Shown in pieces: positions 14,372 through 26,140 of a stretch of 64,000 nt of DNA. The stretch comes from Vicugna vicugna. Lineage: Eukaryota. Every line of letters begins with the position of its first letter. Position 1 is the stretch's first letter. Under the pieces are notes generated by a model, which saw nothing but the letters and a program-made list of their open reading frames with translations, had not been told where the DNA came from and did not search any database. The stretch spans positions 558,001 to 622,000 of the forward strand of contig MU058059.1 in the NCBI GenBank assembly GCA_013265495.1. Direction: 5' to 3'. The position numbers and the translations under genes are program-made.

Positions 14372-14494
14372 CTTCTGCCAGGGTTCCGTAGGTATTTTGT
14401 GAGAACTGTTCCACATGTAGATGTATTTTTAATGTATTTGTAGGCGAGAGTGAGCTCTGCGTCCTTCTGTTCTGCCATTTTGAAGGCTCTCTCA
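14372..14494 (-). mobile_element. L1 5'UTR-only insert without poly(A), with TSD
   Basis: Reverse complement reads gagagccttcaaaatggcagaacagaaggacgcagagctcactctcgcctacaaatacattaaaaatacatctacatgtggaacagttctcac..., like the start of cetartiodactyl L1. Flanked by aatatacacagtt (14359-14371) and aatatacagagtt (14495-14507). Confidence 0.75.
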
Positions 14495-14961
14495 AATATA
14501 CAGAGTTGAGTCATTTTGAAAACTTCCCTCACTTTCACTTCACACGTTGCAACCTGAACTATCACGGCAGTTATAATCCTTTATAACTCTTTACAGAAGT
14601 TCCAATGACACCTTGGGATGAAATTTTATTGATTACAACAGGTCAAAATGTACTTCAATTCACTAAAAAGTACAGTCACCGTGTTTATTGGTTCTTGGAC
14701 AGAAACCTGGAGTGCCAGTGACACCGAAACATATTCTTAAGAAAAAACCACAAAATTATCGTTTTAAATAAACGAGCCAAACTAAATACAAATAGGATTT
14801 CAATTTTCCATGCAATATGATCTGAAGATTTGATTGTAAGCTTTATAAGACTGAAAATTGGCCAAATATGCCAGATTATGCAAAAGTTCTCTAATTATAT
14901 GGGGATAAATGATTTCTATTTGTTTAATATATGGTTATGTATCATTAAAATTAAAAAATTT

Positions 14962-15712
14962 CCTCACACCACATAAAAAAATAAACTCAGAATGGACCAA
15001 AAACCTAAATGTAACACCTGAAACCATAGAACTCTTAGAAAAGAACATGGGAGAAACATTTTCTGACATAAATCGTACAAACGTTTTTCTTAGGTGTCTC
15101 CCAAGGCAAAAGAAATAAAAGCAAAAGTAAACAAATGGGACCTAAACAAACTTAGATGCTTTTGCATAGCAAAGGAAATCATCAACAAAACAAAGAAACA
15201 ACCTACTGAATGGGAGAAAATATTTGCAAATGATATGAGAGATGGGGGTTAATAGCCAAAATACACAAACATCTCATACGACTCAATATCAAAAATACAA
15301 ATGACCTGATTTAAAAATGGGCAGACCTGAAGAGACATTTTTCAAAAAAAAAGACACACAAACGGCTAACAGGCACATGAAAAAATGTTCAACATCGCTC
15401 ATCATTAGAGAAATGCAAATCAAAACCACACCGAGGTATCACCTCACCCCTGCCAGAATGGCCCTCATCAAAAAGTCTACAAACAACAAATGTTGGCAAA
15501 GATGTGGAGAGAAGGGAACCCTTGTAAACCTCTGGCAGAAAATAAATTGGTGCAGCCACCATGGAAAAAGAGTATGGAGATTCTTCAAAAAAGCTAAAAA
15601 CACAACTACAATAATATCCAGCAATTCCACTCCTGGGTATGTATTAGAAAAAAACAAAAACTAATTCAAAAAGATAAACCCACTTCAATGTTCAATGCAG
15701 CGTTGTTTACAA
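14962..15712 (+). mobile_element. L1 ORF2 C-terminal fragment
   Basis: ORF 15317-15664 translates as L1 ORF2p C-terminus ([40 protein letters not shown]). Confidence 0.92.
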
Positions 15713-15719
15713 CTTAAAA

Positions 15720-16480
15720 ACTTCTAAAGCTAGTAAGTTGTCATATATAATGTGGCTATCACTAGATTTCTCCCATATCAACAACCAAAAATCAGATAAA
15801 ACAAAAGAAACATTTTTTTTAGTCACAGAAACAAACATAAAACTACATTAACCATCTAGAATTAGCAAAAATAAAATGCAATTCCCATGAAAAAAGCTGC
15901 AGAACTTAATTGGAAGACGCAAAAGGAGATAGAATATATCCAGATACACGTGGGGGCTTTTTTAGCCCAAAGCATTAAACAGCATTGAAAAGTCAATATT
16001 CCCCTAATTAATATAATGCTTTAATTCAATCAGGATAGTATTTTTCTCAACTTGACAAAATTTTAGTATTTCTTTGGAAGAATATGTATAACAATGGTTT
16101 TTAAAATCTCAAACAGAAATGTTACGATAGTTAAGTCACCCACAGAACATAAAGGATATAAAACTACCAAAAATAAATTAGTGCGGAATTGGTGCAAAAT
16201 ATGGCATCACTGTGAAATAGGATAAATTATCTGAAACAAAGCCTAACTCGGTAATAGAATGTACAGTAAAAACGGTCATTGCAAACAATGGGGCTAGAGT
16301 ATTCAAAAAGAGTTGGGGGGGAATGGCTCTTGGAGAGAATTATCAAATCCAAGCCTCCTCTTATACTGTAGCCCAAAGAGTTAAGTGTAAAAAAGAAAAC
16401 GTGGAAAAATCTATGTATTTAACTGATCTTTGGATGGGCAGTGTTTCTAAGTACACCAGAAATAAAAGAATACACAAAGA
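15720..16480 (+). mobile_element. Very old L1 (L1ME-like) remnant
   Basis: Degenerate ORF2-like A-rich sequence (aagtcaatattcccctaattaatata, tttctcaacttgacaaaat). Confidence 0.5.
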
Positions 16481-16529
16481 AGGTAATAACATTTGTCTAG
16501 GTAAAAGTTTTAGTTATGCTTGTCAGTTA

Positions 16530-16760
16530 ACGTCTGTCTTCACCCAGCTCTCACTGACATCCAGGCTGATCTCCTGGCCTTGCCACTCACCTCACGTCCA
16601 GCTCTGTCCAGCCCTTCACGTTCTGTCCGACATTCTGACTCTGCATCTTCCTCCCGGAGCTCCAGGACGCCCAGAGGTCACGTTTCTCTCCTCCGCCTGC
16701 TTCCGTACTGATCCTCACCAAAGCAGGAACCTAGATGGGCGCGCCAGTTCATGGGTGAGT
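16530..16760. promoter_or_regulatory. Small CpG-enriched element, candidate bidirectional promoter
   Basis: About 11 CpGs in ~215 bp in a CpG-poor background; ETS core (cttccg ~16700), ggtcacgt and ggcgcgcc; consensus donors facing outward: GAG|gtgagt on minus (exon end 16591) and TGG|gtgagt on plus (exon end 16754). Confidence 0.45.
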
Positions 16761-19700
16761 CCAGGTGTGCTCAGTCCTGCTTGACTAGCCATTGCTCTGA
16801 CACTAACTTGATTCAGGTGTTACTGATTTGAACCCAACCCCCTCCAAGTGCACTGCGTCTTGTTGGACGATGCACTAGTCCCAAGGGGATATAAGCAGCC
16901 CATTCCCCTTTTTCTCTTGGCATTTGGTTTTTAAGTAGAAATATCAATCTCACAATTCTACGATTGCTTTCTATTCCTTCCAGAGACTTCCGGTTACAGC
17001 TCCTTTGGGGGAGGGGAAGTAATTAGGTTTGTTTCCTTATTTAATGGAGGTACTGAGGACTGAACCCAGGACCTCGTGCTAAGCATGCACTACCACTGAG
17101 CTGTGCCCTCCCCGCAGACCCACATCCTTTAATTCTCAATCACCAACAGCTCTTCCCCTAAGTTGGTCATTCCCGCAACAATTCAGTGGCCCCTTCTAAG
17201 TACTTTACATCCTTACCTCTCACCTCTGAGACAGTACCATCCATCCTACCTCCTGCACCTAAAGTCTGAAAGACTTCTGAATCACCTGACCCCCACTGGC
17301 GGCCAAAGCTCCAGGAAGCTTAGTTACAGCTGGGGGACTAGTGGAAAGACTCTGAAGTTGATGCAGGTTTGCCACTTACTTGATAACCATTTAAACTGAG
17401 GTGCAAGTAAATACTGCCTCCAGAGTCTAAACACACAAATGGCAGTTCTACAAATATAGACCAGATTAACGTGTGATCTTTTACCCATAACATAAATCTA
17501 GGGCTCCTTTTTCGTGCAGGGGCAGGAGTGTCCATCTCTATTTCTCTCTCTATTTGAACATCCTGAATCCATCCCTTCCTGCCTTTGCCATGTGCCATGT
17601 TGTTACTCTGCTACCTACCTGGGGCTGGGGGCCCTGTGTCTTTTCTTACACCAGTGGTAAGAAACACAGCCCAGCCCAGAGAAATCTCAAATAGCTCTCA
17701 ACTCAAAAATTTCCCCCCAAGACTGCAGAGAATCACATGCCATGGTCTTAGCCCCTCAGAACATCTTCATGTGGGCATGTCTAGGTCAGTGGCGTGTGCT
17801 GGGGGTGAGCCCCTCGCTTCTTCCTCCTGCATGTTTCTATGTCTGTTTATACTGAAATGCATACACGAAAGCAGAATTGTCATGTTCACCTGTGTACTGC
17901 TGAGTCGTCCCTGACACACAGTAGATGTGCAGGAAATATTAATTGAAGGAATGAATGACAGAGACGCCATTTGCAAACGGCTTCTCTCTCTTCAATTGCA
18001 AACCTCTGAACTGGAGATTCTCCAGTAAGCAAGTCTAACAGGGGAAGAGTTAGCATTGGTCGTGAAAGAAACAGCATGGAAAGCATAGAGAGATGACTAT
18101 AGAGAGAAACTATTCTGAGATCCAATTAGAATGTCTCTTAGAGGAGAAAAGTTGAAAGAAGGAATGTCTTGGTTTGATTCAATTAATTCTCAGGATGGTG
18201 AGGTCATCTATTTTTAACCTCCATTGTCCTAAGAATAAAATTTCTTCTCCTGCTCAGAAGATAGTCTTTTGGCCTCCACCAGCCTTTGCCCTGATTTGCT
18301 TTATTAATGTCTTCACATAACTTTCTTTGATTCTGTATAAATGGGGATATAGTCTAATGCACAGAGCCTTTTAGAAAAGCTTTCTTCCCAGGGTTACAGT
18401 AATTTTATAATGTGTTTTTCCTTTGTTTGAAAGCATAAATAGCATACTGAACTTTGTTTTGTTTGAGGTCATAGGTGTTATATTTTAACTTGTATTTTCA
18501 TTATGTACTTACATTTTTCAATACATATTTTCCTATCCTTTGGCTTTTTTTCTGTGGTTGTGCCTGTAGAATTAGACCAAAGTACTTTAAAGTAAACACT
18601 TAAATTTATTAAATTGTTCCCCCTTTAATTTATTAAGCTAAAATTTGACTAGCTCTTGGGTAATTTATCTTCTTTTAAATAGAAACTGAAATTTAAATTT
18701 AAAATTTTAAAATCAGTCATAATGTAAAACCACCATGGTTCCTTGACAAACAGACCCTCCAAGAAATTCTTTAAGTAACGAAAAAATTATTAGCCAAAAA
18801 TTTACAGAATGACTTTCATGAAAATTCATGTTGCAATCACTGTAATATTTTGGTCATATCTACTACAATATAATTTAATTATCTGATTTTATAAATTGAT
18901 TTTGCCTCATGTTCAGTCCTGTGATATATTCACTTCTGATCTGTCAGCGCCCACCTGCATTTACGGCAAAAACCTCAAGAGTGAAGATAATGTAGGTCCT
19001 GTTCTCAAATAACTTCTCTATTCCTTCTCCAACTCCTAAAAAAAAACTTCTTCAAAATAAAAACAAAAATTCTTACAGTAACTGAGGTAGATTTTCATTT
19101 TGTTTCAGGTAATATTATAACGTCAGTACATAACTATCAGAAGTTGATAATGACTTGGGAGTGTGGGAAGGTAAAATACATAAATATTCACAAGTCCCTT
19201 TCAATGAAATCTGATAACTTATAATATTTTCTTTTTTAAAATACTTTTTTTAATTATTTTATTTTCTTAGGCAGGTGGGGGGAGCAATTGGGTTTATTTA
19301 TTTATTTTAATGGACTTACTAGGGATTGAACCCAGGACCTTGTGCATGCTAAGCACACTCTATCACTCAGCTCTACCCTGACCCCAACCTTTAATATTTT
19401 CTAATAAGGATGTCTGTGTTATTTTTGAACACGAGTAGTTTTTCTCTAGTCATTTTTCTTTCTAGAGGAAGGCGAATATCTGAAAAGAAGCTTTTACAAA
19501 TACATTAGCTGAAAAAAAAATGAAAAAGAATATGAAAATATATGTCTGTATATGCATGGTTGGGACATTGTGCTGTGCACCAGAAATTGACACATTGTAA
19601 CTGACTATACATCAATAAAAAAAAATACACTGATTGGTTGTACTGTATACAGTGGTTCCTTGTAGCAGTATCCTGATGAACTTGTCAACTAAAAAAAACA

Positions 19701-22700
19701 CATGTTTTGAAAACCAGAAAAAAACTTGCAAAAACAAGAGTAGAATCTTCAAAACAGATGTCTAGGGGTGTTAAAGGTTCATTAGATACAGATGGCAGTT
19801 TGGAGACTGACTATCTTAACATAAAGCTTCAAATAACAGAAAAAAAGTGGTACACCTCATTGCTGTTGACTTCGATCTTTAGAGCTGAACTATAACTGAC
19901 CACTGGAAAGTTCCATTCAGGTCTGAGGAGAGTTATTAAACTTGCTGCCCTTATGAATATGTTGCATTCAAGGTCTGCAGTCCATTTCAGGGGATAGTTG
20001 TATGATGTTTTAGAAAACTGAACTGTTTCATACTCCTCATGTAAAGTAGCTTGAAAATAAGTTGAAGGGAAGGAGATGATATATTTGAATATTCTTACCC
20101 CGGTCATGCTTTGAGAAGCCTCTAGTATATTTCCTTTGTGAATTCTGTAATTTGTGGAAGCTACCTTTTAGAACACATTCCTAACTAAATAATTTCAATA
20201 CTATAAAATTTGAATTGAGATAGTAAAAACAAAAGGGGCACGTTTGCCAAAAAACTACTAACTGTTGATTTTGTAGGTGGAAAATAGTGTGTAAAGCATC
20301 TATCTTCTAGTCTATTATCTTACCTATATTATTCTATAAGCCACGATATTATGCCTTTTAAACACAGGAAAACTAATTTAAGAAGGCTGGTCTTGAAATG
20401 TCTGTGAGTGACTCCAGGAACGTGTTAATCTCTCTGAACCTCAGTTGCCCCATTAATAAATGGGAGCGTATACTATCCCTACCTAATTTCTCAGGGTCAC
20501 TAAAAAACTTAAATGAGTTCCACTGTATGTGATGTACACTGGGAGGATGTCAGCATCTCTGGAAGTGAGAAAGACGGGGCAGCAAACCCAGAACATAACA
20601 GCAGGGAGTTCAAGCTGAAGACCAGGAGGAAGTTAAATCCATAGACTTTTAGTGCTAATCTCAGTCTGCTGGAGAGAACAGGTAGAGGAAGGACATAAGG
20701 AGACCAAGGGCAGAGATTCAGTTGTACCATGGAGGTAAATATGGACCATGCACAAATTAAACCTTTGAGCTTTTATCTCTTCACAATGAAAATGTGGGTA
20801 ATTTCTATGGTATATGGGGTTTTTTGTTTGTTTGATTTTCCTAAATATTTTGCAAGGGACGTGATTTCATTTTATACTGAGAAAAAAAATCTTACTTTAT
20901 GTAAAAAATATTAAGGAAGAGGCAATTCTTACATGATTGTTACAAGAATTAAATAAGATGCTATCATAAAGCACCACAGCTATGTGATTTTTATCAGAAT
21001 GGTAAAGAAGCCTAGCAATAATCTTAGCCAAATGTCCTCATTTAAGAGATCAGTAACCTGAGGTCTAAAAGATGAAGTGATTTAGTCCAGTGCTTGTAAT
21101 GGTACAACCTCCTGACTCTCTTCCTCATATTGCTTTCACCATACACACTCTTGGGAGCACTACAGACAGAGAACTCGGAGAATGAGATTTAAAAAAGGAA
21201 GTCTGTGAGCAACAAGGAAGGGAGAGAGTGGGTGGGCTTCAAAGGGCAGAGCCCTGCAATTCACTCCTCTTGAATCAACCAGGTAATGTGCACCTAGTAG
21301 CCAACAGAATAGGGAGTCTGGAGGAGGGAAAAAAAAAGCCAACAGCAACCAAAACTGATAATTCGGGGTGGAAGAAAGGTTGGAAATTAAATAAGAAAAA
21401 AAAGGGGGGGGGGAGTAGAAACAAAGGAGAAGGAAGTGAGAAAAGACAAACATTAGATGCCAGTTTTTGGTCTATTTTGTTATCTAACAGACATTTGTAC
21501 AGTAGAGAAGGAAGCAGAGACTTGGACATGGGAGCTGAATTTGAATCCTGACTCCACCCAGGATGAGATATCACTTGAGAAACAAAGTCACTGTAAACCA
21601 GTGTCATTTTCTGTATTAATAAATTATTGGGGGAGGGTATAGTTCAAGTGGTAGAGCGCATGCTTAGCATACAGGAGGTCCTGGGTTCAATCCCTAGTAC
21701 CTCCAGTAAAAATAAATAATTAAATCTAATTACCTCCCCCAAAATTAAAAACAAAAATTATTTTTACTTCCATCAGATACATCCTGGACACCTATTACAT
21801 ACCAGGCATTCTAGTCATCATTTGATTATTCTTATGCACCCCACCCCCCAAATTCTCCAAAGCTACTCTACACATCACTCATTTACAGAAGAGGACCCTC
21901 AGAGTTGGGGTGGTGGCTGTCAGCAACACTGTGCCCTTACGTAACCTTAATGATGGCAAATGATCAGTTCCAGAAAATTCAGCACATAGGTTTGACGTGT
22001 GGACAGATAACTAGAAGCTTAAAACAGAACTAGAGCACTGGAAGTATTAACTTTGCCACATGGTAACCACCTTCAACTAGGTATGACAGAAAAACTGAAA
22101 TTCACCAGTGAAAAACCTACTACAGACAGCTTGAGAAATCACTTCCAGCTAAGATCTAGACTTGAAAGGCATTCTAGCGTGGAGAAAATGGACAACTATA
22201 TTGTATTTTAAAAAGGGAAATTGGCATGTTTTAAATCACAAATGTATGACAATGCAAATCCCAGTGTCACTGGGTACAGCAGAGACATCTTGACAGTTCA
22301 GAATAAAATGGACGATAATGCATCTGAAATTAAAATATCATTAATATGTATTTAATGCTTACTATCTTTAAAGAATTATGCTAAGTATTCTACCACCTAT
22401 CATTTAGAAAATTCTTGAAAGGATTGATGCTACCATATATACTCATTATCCAGACGAGGAAACTGAGGCTTAAAGACATTATGCAACTTTCTTAAGATTA
22501 TGCAGCTACTCAGTGTAGCTGTGGACCTGGGTCTCAAGCTTAGTTCTGCCTCCTGCCAAATTCTAGGTTTTGATTTCTACAATACACTGTATCTGATTAA
22601 ACAGATGATTAAACAGGTAAGTCTACCGGCGCTCTATGAGAAAATGATAGCAGGCAAAGCCTTCAAGAAAGAGAAATCAGATGTTTCTTCCTCTACAGCT

Positions 22701-25700
22701 GAAGAGATGGGGGAAAGGAAGGACAGGGGAAAGTGACGCCCTTAAAGCTCAACCCAGCCAGGCAGGGTTCAGGGGAGCCTGCTGTTCTTATACGAGCAAA
22801 GCATGTGGAAAACAGCAACTTGAGAAGACTCGGTTTTGCTGGAAGTTCAAAGAGAAAAAGAAAGCAAATAGCATGGGGAAGGAGTTCAGTGAATTTATAA
22901 GAGAACAGAATCTCTATTCGCAGAAGGAATTACACTCTATAACCAAAGGGACCAAAGGAAATGGGACAAGAAAAAGCCACTGGAGGAAGGAGGAAAGGAA
23001 GCCAGATTGTGCCATGAAAATATATCAACACACTGTGAGAGATACAGCATAAAACAGGAATCTTAACAGTGTAAATATGCAAGCATAACTCTGAGTGAAG
23101 ACGAGCCGACTAAATTTATTATTAAATAATATAAAAAACAATGTTGATAAAAGCACTGATTTGAACAGAGAAAAAAAATGTGACAATGAGTGTGTATATG
23201 TCCATGAATGACTGAAAAATTGTGCTGAACACTGGAATTTGACACAACATTGTAAAATGATTATAAATCAATAAAAAATGTTAAAAAAAAAAAGCACTGA
23301 TTTGAACCTCCACACCAGTCAATGGGGGAAAATTTCCCCACAGAAGGATGTATTTTTATGTACCACTCCAAAATTTGGACATTTGAAAGACAAAAATTCT
23401 CAGAATGTCTGGCAGGGCATTGTAAATTGGAGAAAATAAATGTTAGTGATCTTGATTTAAAGAAATTAAACACTTAAGTAGAGGCTCCAAAATATTCTTA
23501 TTTAAACTACAGCCTAATAATTCTTCAAAAAAAAAAAAGAAAGAAAGGGGAAAAAAAAAGAAAGAAAATGAGTCAAAATAAAATTTATTTATAAGAATTA
23601 ATAAAAGTGTGAAATAAAATGTAATGAAACTGTTCAAAAGTGGAATTATTGTCTCAGAAGAAAGAAAATTTGGCAACAACAGAGTAAAGGTGAAGAAATT
23701 CTTGAAAAATTAAAAACTAAATGGGAAATGACGAAAGCTCTACTTGCTTTAAAGATGTCAGAAAATGCGAAGAAAATTACATAAAGGAGTAATGCCAATG
23801 ACAATGAAAAATAAAATTAATGTTTCTATATCGTGTTTTTCAATGTAGAGAGTTTATGGAAAAAAAAAAAGATGTTTAGCTAAAGTTAGCTGAAAATCAA
23901 TGAGCAAGGGTGTTAGTTCTGACTAGACATAGTACAGATAATGAGAGAAAAGACAACAAGAATTAGAGAACTGTGGGTCGTGGTGGTTTTAATAAATTAA
24001 AAAAGAAATATGGTTCAGCAAAAAAAAGAACAAAATAAGGTCATTTGCAGCAACATGGATGGACCTAGAGATCGTCATTCTAAGTGAAGTAAGCCAGAAA
24101 GAGAAAAAAAGGAAAATACTATATGGTATCACTCATAGGTGGAATCTTAAAAAAAGGGGAAAAAAGGACACTATGAACTCATCTACAAAATAGAAACAAC
24201 TCGCAGACATAGTAAACAATCTTATGGTTACCAGGGAAAGGGGGTGGGAAGGGATAAATTTGGGAGTTTGTGATTTGCAAATGTTAGCCACTATATATAA
24301 AAATAGATTTAAAAAAACAAAACAAGATTTTTTCTGTATAGCACAGGGAACTATATTCAATATTTTATAATAATCTTTAATGAAAAAGAATATGAAAATG
24401 AATATAGTATGTATACGCATGACTAGGACATTGTGCTGTACACCAGACACTGACACATTGTGACTGACTGTACTTCAATTAAAAACAAACCAACCAACCA
24501 AGAAGCGGTGAACTGAAGAAAAAAGAAATTCTGGATGGAGGTAAAGTTGGGTTTATAAGCATAGAGTTATTCATTAAAGCCTTAGAAGTGGGGAAAAAAA
24601 GAAAGAAATATGGTACCCAAAGACAAAGTATTTCATTAATTTAATTTTTGAAAAATGTAACTTTTAATTTAAAAAAGTACTTATGGAAGTATTTAAAAAA
24701 CAAATAGAGAAAATGGTAGAGGTCAAAGCTGAACTATCAACGAAAAGACCAAGAAAACACATACACAAGAAAGCATCAATACGGAAATGTGAGCAGCATG
24801 GCTGCTCTTAGACCCAAGGGCCCAGCTCTGAATTTTGTACAGGAATTTTGAGCAAAAGAGCACAGTCCTTTGGTGCTTTTTCCAACATTCTTTGGGAGAA
24901 TAAATAAATGACTAATAACACTGGAAGAGGTTTTAAATAAGGACAGTTTTAAAATGAGGAAGAGGGGTAAAAAACCTTATGATTGGACATGCCAGGTTTT
25001 CCTTTAAACCATTCCATTTACCAGAAGAGTTGCTGAAACATCCACTATCTTCATTCATCATCCAGAACTGTAATTTATTTTCTCACATATATGCAACCAC
25101 ATAGAGACTTCAGCTCCAGAGGACTGGACCACGTCTTACTCCTCTCTGAATGCTGAATAGTAAGAACACAGCAAGTGCTCCATAGATGTGCACTGAATTG
25201 CACAGGATATGTGAACATATCATATATTGGTCTGATTAGCATCCTTATGCTAATTCATGAATGAGAGAAATTAAAAGTAATCTATAGGCTGAGTTGAGGT
25301 TGTTCCTAACTGTACATGTGATCAGTAGAATAACTGATCAGTAGAGTAACAAAGGAAAACAGATATTGAATTGTAAAGTAGGAAATATAAAGTTGAAAAG
25401 GGATTTGGTGCACAGTAGTCAAAATGCATGCAGGTGACCCCAATTTGTATAGCACTTTCTTGCTCTACCGAGACGACAATTCTTACACCAGTGATACTGT
25501 TAAGATCAGATGGGAGAAGACAGTGGTGAGTTTTTAAAATATACAAATTGTTCCTCGTCTGCTTTGTAGTTACAAATAATACTGGGGACACTGGTGGACT
25601 TCAGGTGGGCCAGACTGTCAACAGAGAGGTCAGTTGAAAGGCTCAGGTGAGATGCTAACTGTGATGAGATTTGTGTACCCCCAAAACTCATTTATTGAAG

Positions 25701-25890
25701 TCTTAACCCCTAGTGCCTTAAAATGTGATGGTATTTGGAGACAAGGTCTTTAAAGAGGTAATTAAGGTTAAATGAGGTCACTGTGGGGGCCCTAATTCAA
25801 TATGGCTGGTCATCTTATGATAAGAAGTCATTAATTCACAGGACTTCATTAACTTTAATTAGAACATATAGATTACTAGATAGATAGATG

Positions 25891-25965
<75 letters not shown>

Positions 25966-25966
25966 G

Positions 25967-26033
<67 letters not shown>

Positions 26034-26085
26034 AGGAAGGAAGGAAGGAAGGAAGGAAGGAAGGAAGGAAGGAAGGAAGGAAGGA

Positions 26086-26140
<55 letters not shown>

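Noticed and set aside
14074..14565. 163-aa minus-strand ORF
   Set aside because: It runs through the L1 5'UTR insert and an A-tract, so it is a composite chance ORF
21629..21706. tRNA-Ala(AGC)-like sequences (also 17004, 19233, 33954, 49509, 54444)
   Set aside because: They have a shared non-tRNA 3' body, A-rich tails, stem mismatches and (in most copies) TSDs, so they are SINEs rather than tRNA genes
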